64,000 nt of DNA, taken from NCBI RefSeq assembly GCF_006345805.1, contig NC_043011.1:14396464-14460463 (forward strand), read 5' to 3'. The DNA is from Octopus sinensis. Lineage: Eukaryota. The notes under the pieces are model-generated. The model ran no database searches and was not told the DNA's origin. It worked only from the letters and a program-made list of their open reading frames with translations. Each line of letters begins with the position of its first letter. The first letter of the stretch is position 1. Shown here one piece after another: positions 13,396 to 27,232 of this stretch. Both the position numbers and the translations under genes were made by a program.

Positions 13396-14236
13396 ATATA
13401 ATATATATAATATATATAGTATAAATATATATATATTATATCTAGATAGATAGATAGATATTTAATAGCTACAATAATAATTATTATAGTATTGTATAGC
13501 TTATAACTTGTATTCTCATTACAACAATATTATTTTGTTACTTCTGAAAGAATTAATAAAATTTGGATATATACTATTTATTGTCCTTTATTTAAAAAAA
13601 TATTATTATCTATATTTATCGAGGATCGGTACTCAATCCTAGTTTTGGTTTATCTGTATACGAATATAGGGACATTTATCTATATACATTTAAATGTTAG
13701 TTACTGTAAATAATCCTTATTTAAGTAAATTCAAATCTGGTTACTTCTGAAAAACTAGTAATATTTTGATATCTATTATTATAGCCTAACTAAATATCTA
13801 AATATCTATAAGTTGTAGTTATTGTAGCTCCAAGTTTATTTTCATATCTATTACGGAATTCTCCCTCCGATAAATTAAATAAATAAAGAACATTTTTTTG
13901 TTAGTTACATTAAACAATTTTTTAATATCAATAACTTTAAATATAAGTGAAGAGTTGTTATATATTACCAATATAATAGTGTATTATCGTTCATATTTAT
14001 TTACACGTTTTATTACAATCTCTGGATGAAGTTAGACACTGATACTTAATTTATATATTTTTTATATATTGTTTTTGCATGTTATAATAATAGCCAAAGA
14101 ATATCTTCGACCTTAACGAGTTTGGATTAATATTATTTGAGATATATAGAAATATATTTAGATTCTGTTTACTTAATTATTTTATCCGTTATGATTTTGT
14201 TGTTATTTTTAATTGTAATTAATATATATATATATA

Positions 14237-14570
14237 TCTGTATATATAGAAGGCAGGATGTGTGTGTGTGTATGTGTGTGTGTGTGCGTGTGTGTGTGTA
14301 CATGAATGTAATTTATGCACATCCATAAATTAGCACGCATGTCGCTCCAATTTTAGGCGGACTCTAGCTGTTTTTTTAATCAACTTATTTTTCCCAGAGG
14401 CACCAGCGAATAACAGTAAAAATAAATTTTCAACCAAAGCGTTTAACAATTTTCAAGTCGGAGAAATCACCATTGTTTGCAAAAGGGAGTTAAGTCCCCT
14501 TCTAGTTTTTATTAAGACTTTTGTTGTTTTTTTCCATCGAGGAAAAAAGTGTTTTGTTGATATACGGGCA

Positions 14571-14602
<32 letters not shown>

Positions 14603-14700
14603 GAACATGTATGCGTACAAAAAACATGTATGCAATAGGTGTACGTACGTACATGTGGTATATGTGAGTGAGTGTGTATGTTGCTCATATTATATATATA
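14237..14700 (+). mobile_element. Non-autonomous Helitron 5' portion, same family as 42926-43963
   Basis: A|TC start (TCTGTATATATAGAAGGCAGGATGTG); shares TTTATGCACATCC..AAATTAGCACGCATGTCGCTC and GGTGTACGTACGTAC with the 42926 copy; no 3' CTAG found. Confidence 0.65.
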
Positions 14701-14814
14701 TATATATCTATAATGTATTACCTACATACATACCTACATACATACATGCATAACAAGCATGCATGATGCATACATACATACATACATACATACATACATA
14801 CATACATACATACA

Positions 14815-14850
<36 letters not shown>

Positions 14851-15996
14851 TGGGAGACGCTGTGAGCATCGGGGACCAACGAATACTGAAGGTCGAGTAA
14901 TGAATCTCGTATGTACAGCATAACATGTTGAACAAAGTGGACAGCTAGTGTGTCCAATACCGCTCTTGGTGGGCGTGCAGACGCACGTTGACAGCGAGCG
15001 GGTTGAAACTGTCAGCGTTCTACTAAATTCAAACGAGGCAGATGGATGTGTTAGCATCATCGAAGTCGAAGGTTTTGTAACTAAAAGAGACAGCAATTGT
15101 ATATGACCTGAAGAATACAACTGGATACCATTATGCAGATAAACCGTTGCTTAATTTAAAGCCTGTATATAGGAATATCTATGTTGTATCGAAACATGTG
15201 TGGTGATTATCAAATAACTGTCTAACCGTACTCCTTCTTGTTGACTCTATCATATGAATTTTATTTTCACACACAAAAAAAGAAAAATGCCTAAACCTAG
15301 ACCTGGAAGTATACCGTAATGCTATCGGCTATTTAGTAATTCTAAGGATGAACGAGCTCTATTTTGTACTCTGCTACGTTCCTAACGAAATAGACCTTAA
15401 AAATATATATATACGTATGTATATATGATAGAATCAACGAGGAGTACGGTTAGACAGTTATTTGATATACATGTTTGTATGTATGTATGTTTGTATGTAT
15501 GCATGTAAGTATGTTTGTATGTATGTATATATAGGTATGTATATATATATGTATATATATATAGGGAGAATTCACAAGCCCCCCCCCCCCAAAAAAAAAC
15601 AAAAGACGAAGACAGGTGGTGTAGACATCAATGCAGCGTAGTCAGAACCAGCAGGTGTCGCTACTGATGGTCTGTTCGAAGATTTTATTTACCTAGTTAC
15701 AGTGGAATACATCCACTTGTTTTCAATAATAGAAATATTAAAATTACTAAGTCTCTCTAAAGGAGATTACGGCAGCGTTACTGGATATTAATAGTTATCG
15801 CCATTGATAAAGGACAACAACCCTGAAACATGTCTGCAGATGTCTGGCTAGCAAGGTGAATCGGCTGACCTCCCCTGTTCGAAGGTTGTAATGAACGCAG
15901 GTTCGTGTGTCATATAGCTAGCTAGAGGCGGTGGCCTCTTGGAGCTAATCAGCAATAGCTTTAGTCTTATATTTAGACTGCCATATTAGTATGGCG

Positions 15997-16060
<64 letters not shown>

Positions 16061-16133
16061 ATGCACATGTATGTATATATAATATATGTATATATATATA
16101 TATGTATGCACATGTATGTATATATATTGTATA

Positions 16134-16189
<56 letters not shown>

Positions 16190-16590
16190 ATATATATATG
16201 CGTGTGTGTATGTGTGTGTGTGTGTGTGTGAGTGAGTATGTACATTTACGTTGAATGGTCAGGAAGTATTTAGCATCAATGAAATGTAGATATTGGTAGC
16301 ATTTATAAAAATCCTCATCATTCATGGGAAGACGCTTTCTTCATTAGGGAGAAAGGAAAGTTCTCTCTCTCCGACGTCGTTCTGCCCTTCATCGAATGTA
16401 ACATGTATAACTTCAAGTGCTTCCACTATTCCTCAGAATATGCAAATGTTGAATCGGTTATGATTCAATACATTATTCCGGTTTCCTAGTTTTCCGAAGA
16501 TCTTAAGGTTTGCCTATGAAACTCCCAAAGTTTGTGCTCAAAGGAAAGTACTTGTATTATTTGTATCATCTATAAAATAGTTGTAATGAT

Positions 16591-16928
16591 AACAATTGCA
16601 GCGTGGAAGGTGTTTATAAGCCATTTAAGAAATACACAAAACCGTTAGATTCACTTCAACATTTAAATTTAATTAGTCAAAATATTTTCGTTGCTTTGAG
16701 ACTGTGATCTGTTCACTGACAAAACTTCGTGCTGAAAAAACTTCGAAGCTTTGTCAGTGAACAGGTCGCGGTCTCAAAGAGAGGAAAACATTTTGACAAA
16801 TTAAATTTAAATGTTGATGTGAATCTAACGGTTTTTGTGTGTTTCTTAAATGGCTTATAAACACCTTCCACGCTGCAATTGTTTTCGCTCCAGCACACGA
16901 TCTCAGATCAAGTCACTCGCTCTGCAAG
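16591..16928. mobile_element. Palindromic fold-back element, copy 1
   Basis: ~130-bp arms 16591-16725 and 16750-16883 are reverse complements; the right arm extends further; second copy at 53928-54264. Confidence 0.85.
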
Positions 16929-18284
16929 TTGTAATGATTTTAAAGTTTAAATGCATTGAATGGACTCTCGAAACTATTCTCCGTGCTAGTCTCTATATGA
17001 AGCCAAGTTACTATTACAGCGGTACAAATCTATAGAAAAAACTATGCAAAATCTTTAAAAAATCTGTTGTCCGTCCCCCAAAGTTGTGTTCACACTTATT
17101 AGCAAGGAGAGAGCCATTGTTGGTTTCGATATCAGAACTAATAAATTACATCCTGGATCTATAAAAATCGATCTTAACATTTATAACGTAAACTGCTATA
17201 GTATCAGCTGCTTTCAATGACAAATATATTACTAATTGCTTAAGCACACAAATAGCTTTCAGCTTACATGTAACACAAACCAGAAATATATGCTGCTACA
17301 ATGGTAGTATATATAATTAAATGCCACACCAAGATATCTAATTTCTTGTTCAATAAATACAAGTGACAAGATAAAATGTGGTTTTTAATCTGAATAGGTT
17401 TTATTATCAAAGTTTTATTTTGAAGTTGCTCTGAAACACTGATTTGCTATTAAACATTGCCGAGAATAATTAATATAAGTTGACAAATTAAAGGAACACC
17501 CTGTTGCTGTCACATATCAGAAGCAAGTCTAAGCAAATTCTTATGGAATTCATAAAATCAGATTAGATTACAGCAGTGCCATACTGCTAGTTCAGTAAGC
17601 AATAAACCTTACCGTTCTAGGTTCGAGATAAATCAAAATGAAATTAGATATAAACTTGTTAAAATTGATCGAGGATAACAGTGGTGCGTAGCGAATCGAA
17701 GTCAACGCATAAACAAGTGTACCGGCGAAACACAACCATACACACAAACATATGCAGATGACATACATATATAAATGTATATACAATAAACACGTGGATA
17801 TAACATAGAAATGGATACAAATATATGTAATGTAGATATCAAACACACTTTCATATTACAGTAATACAGCACACGTACAGACATATATCGAAAACATACA
17901 CATATACATACATATATCAAAGGCACATAGACGTACATGCAAATACACACAGAAGGGTATACGTAATCACAAAAATGGCGACCGCTGACAATTACTGCGG
18001 TTAAGCCGATTACCAATTACATTTTTAGCTTTTGCTTATCCATCAGATTTTTAAGAGCTTCCGTGTAGTTTATGTCGGTAAATTTGTCAGAAAATGACAG
18101 CTTATTTAAAATTTACCTGAATTTCAAAAGCTGAATTTATTTAATATAGCTTTAACTTTGTAATTATATACGAGATTTTATTCCTGATATGAAGTTAAAA
18201 TTCAGTCAATGCTCAGCTTAAGTTGTACTCAGCCGAGGTCAACTTAGAGAGATATGCTACTATAACAACAACAACATAAACTGC

Positions 18285-18295
18285 TTCTTCTTCTT

Positions 18296-18330
<35 letters not shown>

Positions 18331-18340
18331 GCTGCTGCTG

Positions 18341-18378
<38 letters not shown>

Positions 18379-18674
18379 GCTGCTGCTGCTACTACTACTA
18401 TTACTGTTGCTGCTGCTGCTTATACTACTACTACTACTACTACTACCACCACTACCACCGCCACCACCACTACAACCACCACCACCACCACTACCACCAC
18501 TACTACTACTACTACTACTACTTTCTTTTTCAAGGACAAATTTCTATTTCCCCACTCCAAGTAAAAAACATGGTGAAATTTAATTTTTCTCCAGAACAAT
18601 GTTAGATATGTCCGTTCACTGCAAATAGCAACAACAGCCGCAGCAGCAGCAACAACAACAGCAGCAGCAGCAGC

Positions 18675-18735
<61 letters not shown>

Positions 18736-18760
18736 GCCACAGCAGCAGCAACAACAAGAG
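18285..18760 (+). repeat. Compound trinucleotide arrays (CTA/CTG/CCA)n and (CAA/CAG)n
   Basis: Read directly. Confidence 0.95.
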
Positions 18761-19139
18761 CACATATGATAGTAGATACTGGCCTGCAGTTTGCATTAGT
18801 AAGATCAGTAATTAGATATTCAATTTTCTTATCGTCTGTCCTGACTTGCCTACCTACCCAAACATCCAAAGTATATTATGAATAAATTGTCCGCTTTCTA
18901 GATTTAGTGTCAGCTTCTTTCTAAGGGACCGATCTCAATAGCGTTTATCGATTTCTGCGGCAAGTTATAAGAGAGACGGTTTACTTGATTGGCCGTGTAT
19001 CTCGGATCTACACAGAGGAATTTGTCTGGCAAACAACAATCTACTAATATTAGTTTAAGCATTAGTTAATTGATTTAGGCTGGCGACACGTATCGGCCAT
19101 TGTGGCATTTATCATTCGGTGTGTGTGCGCGCGTGTACG

Positions 19140-19196
19140 CATGCGCGCATATATATATATATACATATGCTTATATAGATATGAAAATATGTATGC

Positions 19197-19230
<34 letters not shown>

Positions 19231-19325
19231 ATATATACACACACAGAACGATATATATATATATATATATTATATATTTACGTATTACATGTACATATAT
19301 GTACATATGTATATGTATATCTATA

Positions 19326-19377
<52 letters not shown>

Positions 19378-19500
19378 TATATGTATACACATATGTATAT
19401 TATAAATATATATACATACACACACACGCATATACATACATACATACATACATACAATAGATATATATGTATATACACACACACACACAACACACACATA

Positions 19501-19573
<73 letters not shown>

Positions 19574-19620
19574 ATATATATGTATGCCTGTATTACACTT
19601 ACATAATATATACAGATATA
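19140..19620 (+). repeat. (AT)n/(AC)n/(ACAT)n compound microsatellite
   Basis: Read directly. Confidence 0.95.
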
Positions 19621-20093
19621 TAAGAACATTTGCACTGGTACGCACGTACACAGATGCTCTGAGGTACAAGCGAATGACAGAGTGCTCAAAATATATGTCA
19701 GAGTTCATTTATTCAGGAAGAAACTTATAATCCTTTTCGTGTCTACCGATAGTTTCTCGCAATTTGAGATAAGCCAGGCAACAAAAAGACGAACGAGAGA
19801 AACGTGGTGTGGGTTTTCAAGAAACGACGGTTAGAATCTATTTTCATCGGCTGACATCGGTCAGGTGATGTACTAAAACATTCACTAGTCTGGAACATTT
19901 GATACTGAGAGACAACTCTTTGGATTTAATTCTTCTGGTAAGAGAAAATTAACATTATGGAGTGAGAGTGGAAATGCAAGTAAATACCCTATTACAAGAG
20001 AGGTTATCCTGTCTGGATATCGGCTTTTATGATATCATTCTGGAAGTTATCTGATGTATGGTGAATAATCTATAAAGATGCCACAGGAGTTTC

Positions 20094-20527
20094 GGATCTT
20101 TTCGGTTTGACCGGCAGTTATTAAAAATAATTTCCACGTAACTAAACACTTTTAAACTTCATATACTGGTAGAATGTGTTTATAAAACATCTTTTTCTCT
20201 TGGCTTTATTGAGAAAATTCTATAGTTTGTAAGATATTTGTTGTTTTTTTTCTTCAATTTCTGCAATTTCAACCAATCAATGACGTCTATTGAGGCGAAA
20301 ACATTCTGTGCCGTATGAATATGTCCCTCGTTTAAGAAACAGATTGGGTTTATTTACATTTGTGAAGAAAAAAAGATACCCTCCCCCCACACCTAACCCT
20401 AAGCCTGACCTTAATCCTAACCCTAAAACAGATTGAAATGCAATAGATCAATACTAGAGTCATAATTATGGGTGACAATTTCATATGACACCGCTAGAAA
20501 AAACTGCCGTTCAAACCGAAAAGATCC
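20094..20527 (-). mobile_element. Merlin-like MITE, copy 2
   Basis: Same TIRs as 5345-5727, opposite orientation; 8-bp TSD GGAGTTTC (20086-20093, 20528-20535); degenerate CCCTAA repeats at ~20392-20426. Confidence 0.92.
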
Positions 20528-22344
20528 GGAGTTTCTTGATGAATATATTGTGTATGAAAGTCAGGGCATTTTGAAATCCAGGAGAGCTAATCCATTTGGA
20601 TTAGTGAAGGTTTATGATCCTCTTAGGGGTGACACTGTTTTTTAATAGGCGTTTAAAGAAGTTGATCTGAACCCCAGAATTGTATATTTCTCTAGCTTTC
20701 AAGAAGCTTTCTACAAATCTTCTTGGCTCTTTTCTCAGAAGGTGAGCCTTCTCTGGTACATCAAAAGCTCTGATACTGTTAATCAAAGACCCCCAACAAC
20801 TTAACCCTAATACATTCAAACAAAACACGAGAAGGTATTCCCATCGATCACATGAGCAGTGTGTTTCTGATATTCCGATGAAAGATTGGTCACATTTCTG
20901 AAGAATTACGTCTCTTCTTGAAACTCTTCTCTAACAATTAAAATGATAGCCACATGGCAAATGGGAGCATTAAAACGACGTTCATGTTCTCAAGAGGGCA
21001 TTTTGTATATATATATGATAACGCTCATATCCGTTTTATCCTTATTTTCAAGGGTAGTTTAAAATTTCTTCCCATAATCATTGTATTGCATCATTATCTG
21101 AATGTCAAAGACAAGTTCCTCAAAATCATCTGGAATGTTGTCATTAGCATTGATTCATCCCCGTTTGTGTTTAAATCACGATTTGGAAGTGGAAGGATAA
21201 ATTGATGCTGCGTATGGATAAAATTGCGTTTGTGTTTTGAATGTATCCACCCATTTTCCTTTATCACATCCTGTTACTTCAAAAGAAGTCATTTAGCAAC
21301 AAATATCGTATCTTTTGCCTTAGAAAGGAAGCCTCTTGATTCTGTTGTACTTTCTATAAACAGCGGGTTTGTGGCTTTGGGGTTATTGATATGGGTTGTC
21401 ATTTAACCCTCCCAGTTTGACAGCATATATATAAAACTTATTTCTACTTTTTCACTCCACAAAGCAAATAGAAACAACTGAATCATATTAATAACCTGTG
21501 CTTTATAATTAAGTGCTGTTCTCCTTTAACTGGCCATTTCCATTTTTAAATGTTTGATTTTGGGTGATGGCTTCTTGAAGATAATGCCCCCTTTCTCCTT
21601 TTCATTTTTCTCTTGTTTGATTACTTAGCTTCATCCATTCGAGAAGACTTGTCTTTGGAATTTGGTTTCACATTTCCCTACTGTAGCATTTCTTTTGCGA
21701 TTCATTACCAGCCTTTTCAAATGATCTTCTGTTTCAGTGATTTTATAAGCTTGTATCATTCGACCCTTTGAAGAAAACTGAACTAAAAATGTTTTCGGTC
21801 ATACGGTAAAAGTTGTATAACTGTTGAGCTAAACATAGGAAATAAAAATGGCTGCCTCCCCCTCACAAATATGAAAATATTGTTTAAAATACCATTTAAT
21901 TATTGAACATTATATTATTCATAAAATATTTATATTTTCACAATATCGACTTGTGGCAAAACTCATACCAACCATTAGTGGTAAAGAGTTTCATGGGGGG
22001 AAACAGTTTTTCCGCATCTACTGTGTTGGAAAAAAAAATCTCTTTAAACTTCCAACTGAGAGTTGTCTATGAGAGAATCTGTTTTCTTCTAACTGCAGCC
22101 CACTTAGACTTTGACATCCTTTCGAGGCCGATACAAAGTACCAGTTGAACACTGGGGTCGATCTAATCGACTTACCCCTTCTCTCGAATTTATGCCAAAA
22201 TTTGAAACCAATATTACAAATATCTCAGAATCAATGAGAAAATTGCGTAAGTTGGTGCTGCGAGTAAAGCTAATAACAAAAGACTATTTTAGCAGAATTT
22301 GGAAGGTATGAAAGGCAGAACCACCTGCACTCCATAAAACCATA

Positions 22345-22545
22345 TTCCGCAACGCTTTCGTAGTGACAGTGCTAGTACTAACATTTGGCACATTAGACTG
22401 GACTCTAGAAGAAATCTATAACTTGGACATCAAGACTAGTAGGTACAAACAACAAAGGATAGCTTCTATATTTACAAATGACATTGATTTGACCTATTTT
22501 AAGCGGAGGAATAAAGGTAGAAGCATAAGATCACACTCTGGCCTT
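22345..22545 (+). mobile_element. R4-like LINE reverse-transcriptase C-terminal fragment
   Basis: NAFVVTVLVLTFGTLDWTLEEIYNLDIKT...DIDLTYFKRRNKGRSI resembles the R4-clade pattern NTFAVPVLTYSFGILDWT..EI..IDRKTR...D..RLY..R..GGRGL. Confidence 0.7.
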
Positions 22546-23426
22546 TAATGTCTCACTTAGGCAACCTACCTAGTAACAGAATAAGAAAGGATTGCATTAC
22601 GTGTATTTCAACAGTGAAGGTCATAACATAATGAGGTTAGGCGAAGGACTCCTGAACTAGTAGTCTGTAACACTATTAAATGATAACTCGCCTGAAGGCG
22701 TCTTTGTGAGGCGTCTGTTAATCTTTCTGAGTGAAGCTTTATGACTTTTGTGTCGTTGTTAGAATGCATATTAATTCAATTTTTCATTAAATTTTCTTGT
22801 ATGTAGTATTTGCCAATCTTGGAGTCTAAAGTTTATAAGTAAAAAGTTTACTACAGTTATGTCAATTCTGATAGTTATCTTTCAATGAAATGCTTTGAAA
22901 GTTTCTCTCAATCTTTTAAAATCTGTCTAGCAGTTGCCGTTCATATTATGAAGTATAAACCTATATCCAAAGAGTTACATTTGTTTGAAGTATGTATAGA
23001 ATGTACGAGCCTATTAACTCAGCTTCGTGAAACTACCACTCAAGACATCAAACAACGGTTCACCGTTCTCTTTTACCCAGGGGATATTATCAAACAAATA
23101 CAGAAACTTTAAGGCCTGCATTATGGCTTTCATATCAGCTTCCCTGTTAAAGGTATGAATAATGCCATACTCTAGGGGATAATAGGGAGTGTTTTGTAAA
23201 GGACGGCCAAAATTCAACAAATAGCAAATCGCGTGAACTTCCAATAATGTCACGATTTACATTATCGATTGGTATGATAATAAAGGTGGACATACATATG
23301 CACAAACACAAACATACATTACGATCAACATTGAGCAATTCATGTTTTCTTTTCATTTTGGGGAACGCCAAGTATTCTGTTTGTGTATGTGCGTGTGTGT
23401 GTGTATGTGCGTGTGTGTATGTGTGT

Positions 23427-23458
<32 letters not shown>

Positions 23459-23879
23459 CTTCATTATCACTTCATGTATATATGTATTTTCATTATCAAT
23501 TCATTTGGTAATACGTACTCTATATTCGTACACATACACATACACACATACACACATGCAGGCACTCATACACTAACACATGCAAAAATATGTCACACAC
23601 ACACAGAACACAAGGCGTTGCCCAGAACGAAAAGTAAACATAAGTAACCCAAAGTTGTTCTTAATGAAGGTATATCCGGTTTAATAAAGCATTGTTTGGT
23701 TTCTCGCGAAAATCCATTTCCATGTTAGAAAATATATGGTTCTCTTCTACGTTTATCGGAGTCCAGTGTGTAAAGAATACGAAAAGTATATTTCGTATTC
23801 TAATTCAGTAAATGACATCTGCCTAATCCATGCGCAATAAATATAAATACAGGGTTAAATAAAAGTGAAAACTACTTTA

Positions 23880-23881
23880 AT

Positions 23882-23976
<95 letters not shown>

Positions 23977-24018
23977 CTGCTGCTGCTGCTGCTGCTACTG
24001 CTGCCGCCGCCGCCCCGC
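23880..24018 (+). repeat. Graded (CTA)n(CTG)n(CCG)n microsatellite
   Basis: Read directly. Confidence 0.96.
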
Positions 24019-24577
24019 CTTGAAATCTTCAGCGAGGTTTTGCGATTCTTAAGACAAAACTGAAGTGGACTGGATGGATCACAACATCTTAATGTTATAG
24101 TGAAAAGAATCCTAATACTCTAAGCTGTATAAGACACAGATGCTTCTGAAAAGGTTTTTATCCTACTGGTCATCATTCTCTAGTAATTCAAGTTTAGAGC
24201 ATGGAGGTAGTGCAGACGTCGCAATTTTTTATTCGAAGATCTTGAAATGAAGTTTAAACCTCGCACTTCATTTAGAAGTCGCAACAAGAAGCATTCATGT
24301 TGACTGGCGTATGCAGTATACACTGTTACAATGGCACTGTCAAATTTTATATCAGGAGATAGCCTTCAATAGTTTTTGCAAAGAGATTATGCTGACATAA
24401 CTTAAAAAAGGCTGCGAGCGTTGTATATCTCGGATGTTGTGTTTGCTGTGTAGGAGTCTCCGAAGTGAAGTAAACTCGTTCGTCAGTTTAGAAGTTAACA
24501 GTAGGTTGTTAAATGCTAATGCATCTGTCATGATTAAGAAACGTAAAAGCGTCAGAAAGCCTCATTGCTGCTGATGT

Positions 24578-24948
24578 TTGTTTGTTTGTTTGCTGAGCGA
24601 AGCGGTCTTCGTCCCAGTGGAAGAAGTCCGAAACGTGGTCCTTTGCTATTCGTAAGACCCGCAGAAGAGAAAGCAGGTCAACCCCCGACACCGAGAGCAT
24701 CGACAGATGGATGAATGCGCGTTCAGGTTCAGCGGTTGCGTAGGAAGTCGGGGACAAGAAACAGGAAGAGTGAGAGAAAGTTGGGGCGAAAGAGTACAAC
24801 AGGGGTCGTCACCACCCCCTGCCGGAGCATCGTGGAGCTTTAAGTGTTTTCGCTCAATAAACACACACAACGCCCGGTCTGGGAATCGAAACCGCGATCG
24901 TCCGACCGCGAGTCCGCTGCCCTAACCACTGGGCCATTGCGCCTCCAC
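24578..24948 (-). mobile_element. SINE family B (tail type 2, CAAA repeats), 12-bp TSD
   Basis: Shared tRNA head and body with the other family B copies; TSD TGCTGCTGATGT at 24566-24577 and 24949-24960. Confidence 0.92.
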
Positions 24949-25179
24949 TGCTGCTGATGTGTCGTCACTGTCAGAATAGAGTAACTACACCAGAGTTGCT
25001 TTTCTCTGTTAGAGCAAAGCTTGTGGCGCCAGAGACCCTGATATATTTTCAAACATATTTACTGGACTTTATTGGTTTGCAAAACTCAACATGTATATGT
25101 GCGTTGACTGTCTTGACCAAGAGCGGGCAGTTGGAAACTATCCCTCTACTGTCAATTTCATGCTTTTAAATAATACTTG

Positions 25180-26050
25180 GAAACACTCATCTTCTGATGA
25201 TCTTCCTTAAGAGGGAGTCACCTGTTTAAGCTTCCTTGACATATGGCTTTGAAAACCGTTTGGTGCATTTTTTCTCTTCATTACAAGGTCAATTCATGCT
25301 GAAGGCAACATAGGAGCCAAAAGCCATTTGGATTTTAACAATATTCAACTGCATTTGGTCCCCGATAGCTCTCTTGATACGATATAGTCAGTTTTATTGG
25401 AGTGAAACTTATTTGTTAACCAGGTCAAGATGGTTAACATGATGGTTATCAAAATCATCTGGCGGGACTTCATATTTGCCATTCCATTGCATACATGTGA
25501 TACCTGATCGGTCCAAATAATTGACACTTTCTAACTAAATCCATAATTTCAGTTTTTAAGTGGAAAATACTGGATGCGAGATTTTGCTTGTGAATGTATG
25601 TTTGCCCCAGAAGGAGCAATTCTTTAATTTATTTTTATTTGGAGTTGCTTGTGAATGTCAAAAGAGCTCTGGTCGGTCAAATTGCCGAACCTACATCCTG
25701 TCACTCCGTGATCATTCAAGGATCTACCGAGAGCTATCAATAAAATTGAAGAACCAAATGTATATAAAAGTCTGTCCTTATCTCTTTTTTATTCAAATTT
25801 AGCACAATCTCTCAAATTGCATCTAAGCAAATATTAATTGCAAAAAAAGCTGACTTGCAAGATGTTGAGGATTGAATGAATTATTTCGAAGGAGACCGAT
25901 TTTGAAGCATTTGATCCTGTATATGGTATTCCAAGGTGATGTTCATCTTCACCATTGACATAACGAAGAGGACATCGTAGGATTTGTGTTACATTTATAG
26001 CTTTGGTAGAGTTGTCTTTGCATCTTACGATGATATTTTCTTTGCAATGT
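25180..26050 (-). mobile_element. Degraded Helitron Rep-domain fragment
   Basis: Minus-strand pieces PLRYVNGEDEHHLGIP, VRQFDRPELF, VPPDDFD and CNEEKKCTKRFSKPYVKE, in the order of the Helitron Rep motifs (GEDG, VRxYGRPDLF, CxxxGKCTKxFP). Confidence 0.75.
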
Positions 26051-26165
26051 GGTCCTTCATATATGCTCTCCAAATTTTTTCTTGTGTTCATTAACGATAA
26101 TTTGAAACTCTAAAGGGGGTGCAGTTCAGAAACTCCTGACAAGCTGTTCTTAGCTGGAACCATAT

Positions 26166-26232
<67 letters not shown>

Positions 26233-26241
26233 GTATGTATT

Positions 26242-26329
<88 letters not shown>

Positions 26330-26419
26330 GTATATGTAGTATATAATGTTACACACATACAGACGTAAACACACATACATGTTACATATATATATATATA
26401 TATATATTTATATATCATC

Positions 26420-26580
26420 ATTTATCTTTTATTTGTTTCACTCATTGGAGTGCGGCCAATGAGGCATCACCTTGAAGGGTTTAATCGAACAAATCGACAT
26501 CAGTGCTTTGTTTTTTTAAAGCCTAATCCTTATTCTATCTATCTTCTTTTTGCTGAACTGCTAAGTTACGAAGTGGTTAC
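26420..26580 (-). mobile_element. SINE family A, 3' fragment
   Basis: TTTCACTCATTGGAGTGCGGCC..ATCGAACAAATCGAC resembles the reverse complement of the family A tail. Confidence 0.6.
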
Positions 26581-26681
26581 AGAACGTCAGCTTAAACACG
26601 AACGCACCAACACATACATCCAGGCATGAAGCATATGTGCGCGCGTATGTGTGCGTGTGTGTGTGTGTGTATGTGAGTGTG

Positions 26682-26731
<50 letters not shown>

Positions 26732-27057
26732 TGTGTAAACGGGAAATGACGCAAAATACGTATTACAGTATATGAAAACTTTTTAAAAAATTGACACAGT
26801 TATTTAACAGAAGCAGCACACATAATGAACGCGCGTAAATAACCGAATATGGGTATGTATGTTCATGTGTTTGCATGTGTGCGCGGAATCATGGTGCGTG
26901 GTGTGTATGTGTCACCCACTTAGCATGAGAGTCTAACATCTAGGTCGAATCACAGAACCAAACAACCCCAATCGTATTCCACGCATTAATACGCACATAC
27001 GAACATTTATATATATATAGACATACTCACGCACACACATATATGTATACATATCCA

Positions 27058-27232
27058 TCTCTACTCTAGGCACAAGGCCCGAAATTTTGGGGGAGCAGCC
27101 GATTAGATCAACCGCAGTACACAACTGGTACTTGATTTATCGAGCACGAAAGGATGAAAGGCAAAGTCGACCTCGGTGGAATTTGAACTCAGAGCATAAA
27201 GACAGACGGAATACCGCTAAGCATTTCGCTCA
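27058..27232 (-). mobile_element. SINE family C copy
   Basis: CTAGGCACAAGGCCCGAAATTTTGGGG...GAAAGGCAAAGTCGACCTCGGTGGAATTTGAACTCAGA matches 58819-59014. Confidence 0.85.

Noticed and set aside
15105-15205. CTGAAGA-ATACAAC...GTTGTAT-C-GAAA-CATGT hammerhead-like arrangement, with a nearby ~50-bp inverted repeat (15207-15255/15422-15470)
   Set aside because: G at the cleavage position and no stem I; at most a decayed remnant.
24040-24450. Possible RTE C-terminal remnant on the minus strand
   Set aside because: Only scattered residue similarity; too degraded to support.
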